Below, piece after piece: positions 15,624 through 23,092 of a stretch of DNA of 24,533 bases. The stretch lies in the sequence record NZ_CP021968.1, one strand, 5' to 3'. Numbering within the stretch: the stretch's first letter is position 1; each line of letters opens with the position of its first letter. Made by a program: the position numbers and the translations under genes. The notes under the pieces were generated by a model. It was not told where the DNA came from and did no database searches. It saw only the letters and a list, made by a program, of their open reading frames with translations. The stretch is from a plasmid.

Positions 15624-16301
15624 ATGGAAAAGCCAAAATATGTGATTATCGCAGGAATAAACGGAGCAGGTAAAAGTACATTATACCGATTACAACCTGA
15701 ATTATTTCACAGTACAGAACGAATTAATGCTGATGAAATTTTGCAAAAAATGGGTGGCGATTGGAGAAAAGAAATTGATAACTTTAGAGCTATGCGAGAA
15801 GAAGTTAAGCAATTACATGACGCTCTCAATAATTTTAAAAGTATTCATGTGGAGACAACACTTGCAGGTAGTGGAAAAGCACAATTAAATTTGATTGATG
15901 AAGCCCATAAAAATGGTTTTGAAGTCACATTACTATATGTCACAGTCAATAGTGCTGAAATGGCTATTAATCGAGTACAGGATAGAGTTAAAAATGGCGG
16001 TCATGGTATACCACCAGAAACGATTAAAAAGCGTTACAGTCAATCCTATAATAACTTGCCAGCAGTTGCGTTTAAAAGTGATAATGTTTTTATTTATGAT
16101 AACAGTAAAAAATTTGTCAACGTATACACGAGAAAACATGAGCAAGTTCAGATTAATAACTTGAAACAATATCCATGGATTAATCAAGGTGTAACCTTTT
16201 CAAAAAAGGTACAAAATCAATTAGATAAATTTGCTGAAAATAACCCAAGCGTTACTGAAAATTTAAATAAGACAATTAAAAAGGATAACCCTAAGATTTA
16301 G
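15624..16301 (+). CDS. Zeta-toxin-like / AAA_33 P-loop kinase-family protein
   Basis: 225 aa. Walker A IIAGINGAGKSTL. INADEIL about 20 aa later (zeta-like catalytic Asp context). C-terminal …RVQDRVKNGGHGIPPETIKKRY… (GGH…RY as in zeta/PezT-family kinases). Confidence 0.5.
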   Translation: MEKPKYVIIAGINGAGKSTLYRLQPELFHSTERINADEILQKMGGDWRKEIDNFRAMREEVKQLHDALNNFKSIHVETTLAGSGKAQLNLIDEAHKNGFEVTLLYVTVNSAEMAINRVQDRVKNGGHGIPPETIKKRYSQSYNNLPAVAFKSDNVFIYDNSKKFVNVYTRKHEQVQINNLKQYPWINQGVTFSKKVQNQLDKFAENNPSVTENLNKTIKKDNPKI

Positions 16302-16303
16302 GG

Positions 16304-16570
16304 CTATCCTTTTTTGTATTTATCAGGCTTATTTGAATTAACGTAATTAGAAAATATTTTTAAAAGATTTTCTGTGTCATCAACTGATAAACTTTCAGTT
16401 TCAAAGTATTTATCTAGTAGGGCACCTTTTTGGATTAAAAGACGGGTACGTTCTCTTCTAGCTTTAGAGTTTTCAAAATATTTTGATTGGCGTAAAGTAA
16501 ATTCTTCCTGATCAATTTTTTTTTGAAGTTTTTCTTTTGATGAAACTAATTGATTTAACTTTTTACTCAT
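16304..16570 (-). CDS. Small coiled-coil protein with a KARRERTRLLIQKGALL motif: a relaxosome-accessory-like protein (DUF3847-like, from memory)
   Basis: 88 aa. Transcribed divergently from the relaxase, second gene after oriT. RBS AGAGG. Confidence 0.35.
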   Translation of the reverse strand: MSKKLNQLVSSKEKLQKKIDQEEFTLRQSKYFENSKARRERTRLLIQKGALLDKYFETESLSVDDTENLLKIFSNYVNSNKPDKYKKG

Positions 16571-16592
16571 AGGCTAAAACCTCTAATTATTT

Positions 16593-16934
16593 TTAAGAGA
16601 TACCATTGTTTTTATCACTAGCATTTTCAGGTGAGTTACTATCATCTTTGTTTGTAACATTATTTTCATTATCGCTAGCATTTTCAGGTGAGTTACTATC
16701 ATCTTTGTTTGTAACATTTTTTTCATTATCGCTAACAATACTTGAATTAAAAAAATCAGCTATTTGTTTTGAAATATCTTTAATTTTTTCTTGATCCAAA
16801 TTTGAATAATCAAAATTAGAAAGCTTGATTATTTCATGACCTAATTTTTTATCAATTTTCTCTTTTTCATTTTTTATTTTTTCATTTAGCTTATTCAATT
16901 TTTCTTGCTGTTTTTCTAAATTGCTTAAAGACAT
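16593..16934 (-). CDS. Coiled-coil protein with tandem 19-aa repeats, a possible Mob accessory protein
   Basis: 113 aa. K/E-rich helical N-terminal half, then SDNEKNVTNKDDSNSPENA ×2 encoded by a 57-bp DNA tandem repeat. RBS GGGGTG. Divergent from oriT/mobA. Confidence 0.45.
   Translation of the reverse strand: MSLSNLEKQQEKLNKLNEKIKNEKEKIDKKLGHEIIKLSNFDYSNLDQEKIKDISKQIADFFNSSIVSDNEKNVTNKDDSNSPENASDNENNVTNKDDSNSPENASDKNNGIS
16629..16742. repeat. 57-bp tandem repeat ×2 inside CDS 16593-16934
   Basis: tagcattttcaggtgagttactatcatctttgtttgtaacattattttcattatcgc at 16629-16685 and 16686-16742 (one mismatch/indel). In frame, so 19 aa per unit. Confidence 0.9.
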
Positions 16935-17084
16935 ATCTACACCCCTTTATAAAAATGTATTTATTTATTTGAACACAGAATAACATAATGAGGGGGACAA
17001 GTCAACATATCTGTTGCATAAACAAAAAATAAATAGTACACTAAAAATGAATTTTAGATACATCAGAAAAACGAATGAAATGAG

Positions 17085-17130
17085 TTCAATGCGCACTTAT
17101 ACCCCACTCATAAATTTGTGGGGTAATTGC
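17085..17130 (-). promoter_or_regulatory. Predicted origin of transfer (oriT), MOBQ pSK41/pIP501/RSF1010 type, with the nicked strand being the minus strand
   Basis: Minus strand reads ACCCCACaaatttatgaGTGGGGT (7-bp IR, 17101-17124) immediately followed by ATAAGTGCGCattg (complement of 17087-17100). TAAGTGCGC is the conserved nic core of RSF1010/pSK41-type oriTs. Located 80-120 bp upstream of the relaxase gene. Confidence 0.6.
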
Positions 17131-17208
17131 TAAAAAATATGTATCAGAAGTCGCCTATGGCGACAACAAAAACAAAGAATATAAATAAAATGAAAGGTAG
17201 CGGACAAT

Positions 17209-19239
17209 ATGGCAATATTTCACATGAATTTTAGCAATATTAGTGCAGGAAATGGAAGAAGTGCTATTGCCAGTGCTAGCTATCGAAGTGGCGAAAAACT
17301 ACATAGTGATATGGAGGGGAAAAACTATTTTTATGCTAGAGATGTTATGCCTGAAACATACATTTTAGCACCAGATAATGCACCTGATTGGGTTAATAAT
17401 AGGGAAATACTTTGGAATGAAGTTGAAAAGAAAGACAGACGTTCTAATGCTAGATACGCAAAAGAATTTAATGTTGCACTACCAGTAGAATTAAGCGAAA
17501 TTGAACAGAAAGAATTACTTTTAAAATATGTTCAAAATACATTTGTAAATGTGGGAATGGTTGCTGATGTTGCAATTCATAGAGACCACCCAGATAATCC
17601 ACATGCTCATGTTATGCTTACTAATCGCCCATTTAATGAAGACGGAACATGGGGAATTAAAAGTAAAAAAGAATACATTTTAGATGAATATGGTAATAAA
17701 ACCTATACAGGAACGAGTAAGTATCCTAAGAGTAAAAAAATATGGTTAGTTGATTGGGACAAAAAAGGAAAAGTTGAGCAGTGGCGTAAAGATTGGGCTA
17801 AGGCAGTTAATAGGGTTTTTGAACAAAAAAATATGCCAGATCGGATTAGCGAAAAGACATTAGATGAACAAGGTATTGACGGAGTAGCAACGCAACATGT
17901 TGGTGTAAACGGACAACGACCAGAAAGAGAAAAATTTAATCAATTAGCTTTGGAGAATAGAAAGCATAAAGCACAACTGAAAAACGTTGTCGAAAAAATT
18001 CATAATGAGCGCAGAATGCAAACACTACAAAATCATCTATCATTTAGTGAAAAGCGTTCTGTATCACAGCTAAGTAAAGAGTTACAAACATTTGTTAGTT
18101 TGGAAAATCTAGACGACAAAAAACGTATGCTATTTAACTGGAAAGACAGCTTATTAATTAAGCAAGCGGTTGGAGAAGATATATCCAAGCAAATGTTTAC
18201 TATTAATCAGCAAGAACAGTCATTAGAAAAGGCAAATGATTTACTTGATAAAGTTGTTGATAGAACAATTAATAGTATTTATCCAGATGTTGATATTGAA
18301 CAAACAACAATTGCTGAAAGAAGAGAATTAATTAAAGAAACAGATAGTGAAAAAACAATCTTTACAGGACAAGAATTAAAAGACCGTTTAGCTATGATAC
18401 GAATGGATATTTTGAATAAAGAAATATTATCATTTACAAAGCGACCTTATGTTAGTTGGTTAGTTTTGGAACATCAGGAAGAAAGAACCAAAAATAATAT
18501 GACGGAAATATTATCTCAAAAGGGTTATAAATTTGCTGATATAGAACGTTCAAAAGGTAGTATTATACGTAACTTTAGTGATGAAGAACAGGATATTTTG
18601 AAACGTGGAATTAAAGATTTACAGGCAACTAATGAAATTAAAAACGTTGTTCAAATTCAATATGCAGGAGTGTTAAAAAAGACATTCCCTGATATGGATA
18701 TTGATAATGTGACAATGGTTGATCGGGAAAAAATTTATACCGCTATTGTCTACTTTAACCCTGAATTGAAACAACTTTCAAAACAAGAATTTAATGAATT
18801 AAAGGATAATCCACCAATTAAATTTAGTACGAGAGAACATCAACAAGGGCTTGCTTACTTGAGCGGTACGATAAAACTTGATGATATTAAGAACCCTAAT
18901 CTGATTAGAGTATTAGCTAATGAGGGAACAAAACAGCTATTTATAGGAGAAAGTAGTCAAGACCCTAATATTACTAAGGAACAAATAGAACAGGTCAAGC
19001 AAGTTATGACGCAAAACAATGGTGCTTATGAAGATTATCGCAAAGCCAATATTAGTGATTATCAGAGTGTCAATTATCGAGAAACAACACCTGCGGAGTA
19101 TCTTAACAGTGTATTTAGTAGTGTCATTATAAAATTGTTATATGTTGATGAAGCACGTAGAAAGAAAGGCTTGAAAGAAACAGAATGGGAAATGGAGAAG
19201 AAGAAAAGACAGCATGAAAAGCATGGTAGACAAATGTAA
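17209..19239 (+). CDS. mobA: MobA/MobL-family (MOBQ, Nes/TraA-like) conjugative relaxase
   Basis: 676 aa. N-terminal motif I with the catalytic Tyr context (HMNFSNISAGNGRSAIASASYRSGEKL). His-triad motif III HRDHPDNPHAHVMLTNR. Overall layout matches pSK41 Nes / pIP501 TraA. Confidence 0.9.
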   Translation: MAIFHMNFSNISAGNGRSAIASASYRSGEKLHSDMEGKNYFYARDVMPETYILAPDNAPDWVNNREILWNEVEKKDRRSNARYAKEFNVALPVELSEIEQKELLLKYVQNTFVNVGMVADVAIHRDHPDNPHAHVMLTNRPFNEDGTWGIKSKKEYILDEYGNKTYTGTSKYPKSKKIWLVDWDKKGKVEQWRKDWAKAVNRVFEQKNMPDRISEKTLDEQGIDGVATQHVGVNGQRPEREKFNQLALENRKHKAQLKNVVEKIHNERRMQTLQNHLSFSEKRSVSQLSKELQTFVSLENLDDKKRMLFNWKDSLLIKQAVGEDISKQMFTINQQEQSLEKANDLLDKVVDRTINSIYPDVDIEQTTIAERRELIKETDSEKTIFTGQELKDRLAMIRMDILNKEILSFTKRPYVSWLVLEHQEERTKNNMTEILSQKGYKFADIERSKGSIIRNFSDEEQDILKRGIKDLQATNEIKNVVQIQYAGVLKKTFPDMDIDNVTMVDREKIYTAIVYFNPELKQLSKQEFNELKDNPPIKFSTREHQQGLAYLSGTIKLDDIKNPNLIRVLANEGTKQLFIGESSQDPNITKEQIEQVKQVMTQNNGAYEDYRKANISDYQSVNYRETTPAEYLNSVFSSVIIKLLYVDEARRKKGLKETEWEMEKKKRQHEKHGRQM

Positions 19240-19260
19240 AATGAACGTAATAAAAAACTG

Positions 19261-19289
19261 TGCACATTGTGCTCAATTATTGATATAAT
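19261..19289 (+). promoter_or_regulatory. Promoter with extended -10 for the 19322 gene
   Basis: -35-like tgcaca (19261-19266), 17-nt spacer, tgatataat (19281-19289). Followed by RBS AAGGAG and a GTG start. Confidence 0.45.
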
Positions 19290-19321
19290 GGTTATATAAA
19301 TTAGGAAAGGAGAAACCGTGT

Positions 19322-19777
19322 GTGGCAGAAAATCAGGAGTGGTACAGTCTTACCAAAGCCAGTGAAAAACTGGGGTATGGCAGAACTTATGTTAGCGTGT
19401 GGTTACGCAGACATAAAGACGACTTCCCAAGCAGTATGTTAATGGAGTCAGGAAACAGCAAGATGATTTCTGAACAAGGCATAGAATGGATTAAAGAAAA
19501 CATAAAAAAAGCGGGCGTCCTCGTCAGCAACAGTAGTGCTAATGAGGATAAATACCTAATATTGCGAGTATTAGGTAAAGCCCTTAATATCCATTTTACA
19601 GGGTGGGCAAGGGGACGTCTAGCGCCTAACTTACTAAGAACAAATTGTGTGGTAAAGCCAGTGAAACGGCCAGTTTTTTTTACGACATCAAGTGCCAAAA
19701 TAACCTGCGACCTATGTTTCACTACCAATTTTAGAATAAATCCAAAAAAGGTGAAGAATTATCTCCGTCGAGAATAA
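19322..19777 (+). CDS. Hypothetical protein with an N-terminal HTH-like segment. Extent uncertain.
   Basis: GTG start 9 nt after AAGGAG. N-terminal WYSLTKASEKLGYGRTYVSVWLRRHKDDFP resembles excisionase/MerR-like HTH. The C-terminal about 60 aa are compositionally odd and overlap the convergent terminator. Confidence 0.35.
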   Translation: MAENQEWYSLTKASEKLGYGRTYVSVWLRRHKDDFPSSMLMESGNSKMISEQGIEWIKENIKKAGVLVSNSSANEDKYLILRVLGKALNIHFTGWARGRLAPNLLRTNCVVKPVKRPVFFTTSSAKITCDLCFTTNFRINPKKVKNYLRRE

Positions 19778-19787
19778 TCTTCACCTT
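19743..19787 (-). terminator. Rho-independent terminator of the SemiSWEET gene (minus strand)
   Basis: aaggtgaagaattat / ataatcttcacctt stem (about 13 bp). On the minus strand it is followed by TTTTTTGG, 25 bp after the stop at 19812. Confidence 0.7.
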
Positions 19788-19811
19788 ATATGTTAGTAAG
19801 CTGTTCAGAAG

Positions 19812-20072
19812 TTAAATGGCAGTCACGAAAGCGATTAGTCCAAATATTATGCCTGGAAAATTAGCTAAGGCGACAGGTATGTCGTGATGATTCTTTTTTA
19901 GTGCGTAGATAACCCACAAGGTACAATTGATAGCCGCCACCAGTGGTTGTAAGGGGTTCGCCTTAGAGCCGGCTAGGTTATCTGCTATTTGAGGGATATA
20001 CGAAACATACATTAAAACAGCCATGACGGTCGCAATCCAGCTTAGGTATTTTATAAAATTTGTTTCTTTCAC
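19812..20072 (-). CDS. SemiSWEET (PQ-loop) small sugar transporter
   Basis: About 86 aa with 3 predicted TM helices and the PQ motif (…VLMYVSYIPQIADNL…). The likely start is the GTG at 20072, which has a strong RBS AAGGGAGAAG 7 nt upstream. The 110-aa track ORF probably over-extends the N-terminus. Confidence 0.6.
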   Translation of the reverse strand: MKETNFIKYLSWIATVMAVLMYVSYIPQIADNLAGSKANPLQPLVAAINCTLWVIYALKKNHHDIPVALANFPGIIFGLIAFVTAI

Positions 20073-20215
20073 GATATTCTTCTCCCTTTTTATTCTACGC
20101 TTTAATAATACAACGAAGTGAATAAAATCACAACTTTTTATCATATTGATGAAAAGTGGTCGCGATTTTTACCTTAAAAGTTGTAATTTTAGAATATTTT
20201 TCATATTAATTTGTA

Positions 20216-20304
20216 CCTTTTTTAGAAATAGTGCTAGTATAAACATACGGTGATTTTTTCTACCAGAAGTCAAGTGTTTCAAGGCATTTGACTTCTTTTA
20301 TTTT
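20216..20304 (+). ncRNA. Candidate small RNA (promoter to intrinsic terminator, no ORF), antisense-proximal to the SemiSWEET 5' region
   Basis: Promoter-like ttgtaa (20181-20186), 17 nt, tattaa (20204-20209). Then a 9-bp perfect stem agaagtcaa/ttgacttct (20265-20296) followed by tttatttt. No coding capacity. Ends 36 bp before the IS3 left IR. Confidence 0.3.
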
Positions 20305-20417
20305 GAAATTTTGTTAACAATTAGCACTACTTAAATAAACTGCTCGTATACTGAAAATCCGGACTGCTTTATTTCTAGGGCATAATCCGAGATAATCAAG
20401 TATAGGAGTTTTTTATT

Positions 20418-20693
20418 ATGAAAGCTAAGAGATACGCAACTGAATTTAAATCATCAATTGTTGACTTGTACAACGAGGGTCGTTCTGCTAATTCGCTGGC
20501 CAATGAATATCATTTGGCTGTACAAACGGTTACGGGTTGGGTCAAAAAAGCCCAAATCGTTGGGACTGACATGAATGGCAACCAAGTGACTCGTGCCAAA
20601 TTTAATGCAATGCAGAAAGAAATCGCGCGACTCAAGGAAGAAAACGAAATTTTAAAAATTGCGGCCGTTTTGCTGGGCGAACATCGCAAGTAA
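20418..20693 (+). CDS. IS3-family transposase OrfA (HTH)
   Basis: 91 aa, MKAKRYATEFKSSIVDLYNEGRSANSLANEYHL…, leucine-zipper-like C-terminus. A candidate -1 slippery heptamer TTTAAAA at 20651-20657 lies near its 3' end. Confidence 0.85.
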   Translation: MKAKRYATEFKSSIVDLYNEGRSANSLANEYHLAVQTVTGWVKKAQIVGTDMNGNQVTRAKFNAMQKEIARLKEENEILKIAAVLLGEHRK

Positions 20694-20725
20694 AACGTAA
20701 GACCCATTTTCCTATTGTCCAATCA

Positions 20726-21520
20726 TTGCTAAAACAGCATTTTAAACTCATGATGGTGCTTCGTCTACTCAAAATACCCAAAAGCACCTACTTTGATTGG
20801 GTTCACTATACTGAAAGCCATCGTCAACGAGAAGACACTATTTTAAAAGCTTTATTACGTGAAATTTGGCAAAATAACTACAAAGCTTATGGGGCGCCAC
20901 GTTTGCGATTAGCATTGGCTGATCTGAATTTACATCATGGTACCAACCGAATTCGTCGCTTAATGCGAGAAGCTGGTATACACTCTGTCATGAGTCGACG
21001 GTTTAACAAACCAACGACAACAGTTGATTATATTCAACGGCCAAACTTAATCAGAAAGTTACAAGACGCCAATGTCTGGAGTATGGACATCACTTATTTA
21101 AAGTTAAGCAATGGTCAGTGGGTGTATTTAGCGTCAGTTTTAAATCTACGAACACATAAGATATTAGCCCATCAAATCAGTGGCACGATGGATACCAAAT
21201 TAGTAGTTACAACACTACAAAGAGCGCTATCAACTCATAAAAAACCAAATTATTTACACACTGACATGGGCAGTCAGTTTACTAGTTTTGGCTTTGAAAA
21301 TTTGTTAAATCGACATAAAATTGATCATTCGTATTCAAAGTTAGGGTATCCATATGATAACGCCAAAATTGAAAGTTTTCACTCTCTATTAAAGCGTGAA
21401 ATGATTTATCAATTCCGTTTTCCATCGATTGCTCATCTAATTTTAGGTGTGTCCAAATATATTCAATGGTTCAACGACGAAAGAATCAGTCTCGCCAATC
21501 GAAACATGAAAGTAGCCTAA
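20726..21520 (+). CDS. IS3-family transposase OrfB (DDE integrase domain), expressed as an OrfAB fusion by -1 frameshift
   Basis: 264-aa ORF in the -1 frame relative to orfA. The -1 frame is open from the slippery site at about 20651. DDE core …WSMDITYLKL…YLHTDMGSQFTS…PYDNAKIESFHSLLKRE…. Confidence 0.85.
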   Translation: MLKQHFKLMMVLRLLKIPKSTYFDWVHYTESHRQREDTILKALLREIWQNNYKAYGAPRLRLALADLNLHHGTNRIRRLMREAGIHSVMSRRFNKPTTTVDYIQRPNLIRKLQDANVWSMDITYLKLSNGQWVYLASVLNLRTHKILAHQISGTMDTKLVVTTLQRALSTHKKPNYLHTDMGSQFTSFGFENLLNRHKIDHSYSKLGYPYDNAKIESFHSLLKREMIYQFRFPSIAHLILGVSKYIQWFNDERISLANRNMKVA

Positions 21521-21572
21521 TCAGTTCAGCCCTAGATAAAAAATAGTCCGATTTATTGACTTATGAGCAATC

Positions 21573-21650
21573 TGCTCTTATACTAAGAAGGTGGGCTATT
21601 TTATTCGGTCCATAAATATAGTATAGGGGTATTTTCATATTAATTTATTA
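21573..21650 (+). mobile_element. IS3-family (type-1-like) left-end remnant abutting the right IR of the intact IS3, separated by 3 bp
   Basis: tgctcttatactaagaaggtgggctattttattcggtccataaatatagtataggggtattttcatatta aligns with the left ends at 6575 and 7985. Preceded by …gagca (21569) plus atc. Confidence 0.5.
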
Positions 21651-22345
21651 TAAGAAAAATTTATAGATTTGCTGCTAAAACTTAGCCAAAAGAAGGTCGT
21701 TAATTTAAATAATGAGCAATGTGATTGTTCCCATTAAAGAATTCTATTGGTATGTGAGCTAGATAGGGTAAGCCGTAGTGATTAATGTAGATCCAAGATA
21801 GTAAAGGATGTCAAGCATCTAGAGAAGTTTCCTGTTATCCTAGTAGGTAAAAATGAAAATTTGTCGTGTAAGATTACTAGTAATTGAACAGTGTTGGATC
21901 CAGAGATAATAGTTTTCATATCAAGTTCAGCATGGGCTACGGTTAATTTTATTAATATCTAGTCTGTAGGCATCATGATAACAGCCACTTAGAAATCTTT
22001 CATCTAAATTTGAATCGTGTAGCAGTTCACTGAAAGAAATACCGTACGTTAATATAATTTTAAACAACGATTTGTTGATATAAAAATTTTTTTAACTACA
22101 AGCGCAGTTTAAATGATAACAAAGTAACAGAATGGGAATAATCCGGTTCATTGGATGTCTGAGTAATTTTTAGTGCAATAAATAGTCAGCTCCATTCTCT
22201 AGGTTGCTAATGTTCTAATTCAAATTTTGCAGTTACGTCATTAAATTAAAATGAATTTAATACTTATATTCTTAATATTAATTTTCAAAGGTGACCAAAG
22301 CTTATGCAGTAGCGATAGTTTATCCCAGTACAAGGAGAAAATAAT

Positions 22346-22672
22346 ATGGTAAATGAAATTGAGTTAACAACAGAAAATTACGAACAGATTGTGTCAAAGG
22401 GGATAACCATAGTTGATTTTCGTGCGGATTGGTGTGCCCCCTGCAGAATGATGGATTCTGTTCTAGAAAAGGTAGCAGAAGACCCATCATACAAAAATGT
22501 TAAATTTGGTAAGGTAAATGTAGATAAAAATATGGAGCTGAATGTTCGTCACTCTATTTCTGGGATTCCAACTTTTTTATTTTACAAGGATGGAGAAATT
22601 ATTGACAGATCAGTAGGTCTGCAAACAAAGAATACTGTTAAAAGTATGTTAAATAGTTCATTGAATAAATAG
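22346..22672 (+). CDS. trxA: Thioredoxin
   Basis: 108 aa with the WCAPC active site (FRADWCAPCRMM). RBS AAGGAGAA. Confidence 0.9.
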   Translation: MVNEIELTTENYEQIVSKGITIVDFRADWCAPCRMMDSVLEKVAEDPSYKNVKFGKVNVDKNMELNVRHSISGIPTFLFYKDGEIIDRSVGLQTKNTVKSMLNSSLNK

Positions 22673-23062
22673 TGATCAATATCCATGTGTAATATTCAAT
22701 ATATTTCTTAATTTTTTCGTTTAGTATTTTATTTGACTGATAATTGTATTGATTTTTCTATAAGCGTATTTCATATATTTATATTCGTTCGATCTAAAAT
22801 CATTTGAAAGGGAATATTTTTTGTATATCTTCGCTCTATGCACATAAAATTTTTGCAATAAAATCATTTATACCTCAATTTTTAAAAAATTGAGTAATTT
22901 ACCAATAATAGTAATAGTTTCATGTTTTTATCATTTTAGCCAGAAAACTACTTTAACTCCCCTATTAAAGTATATCGTCTGAATGCTAGTTTGCTCCACA
23001 AGTGTATCCCAATTTGAACCAGAGTCATTGATAATATTTATATTAATTTGTTCTCCCGTTAC

Positions 23063-23083
23063 CTAAACAACAATGTTGTTTAG
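23063..23083. repeat. 21-bp palindrome 10 bp downstream of the resolvase stop
   Basis: ctaaacaaca-a-tgttgtttag, perfect 10-bp arms. Confidence 0.8.
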
Positions 23084-23092
23084 CATTCATGA

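Larger units (their letters stand above)
20341..21569 (+). mobile_element. IS3-family insertion sequence, type 2, intact (1229 bp)
   Basis: Imperfect terminal IRs tgctcgtatactgaaaatccggactgctttatttctagggc and gccctagataaaaaatagtccgatttattgacttatgagca (TG…CA). orfA and orfB in 0/-1 frames. No clear target duplication. Confidence 0.85.

Noticed and set aside
15351-16187. ORFs 15351-15536 -, 15895-16164 +, 15933-16187 -
   Set aside because: They are embedded in or antisense to the small partner and zeta-like CDSs, in alternative frames.
16606-16794. 62-aa plus-strand ORF
   Set aside because: It is the antisense frame of the 57-bp tandem repeat. It is open only because of the repeat.
19074-19728. 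Minus-strand ORFs 19074-19265 and 19387-19728
   Set aside because: Antisense to mobA and to the 19322 gene. No RBS.
20510-20722. 70-aa minus-strand ORF inside IS3 orfA
   Set aside because: Antisense shadow of the transposase gene.
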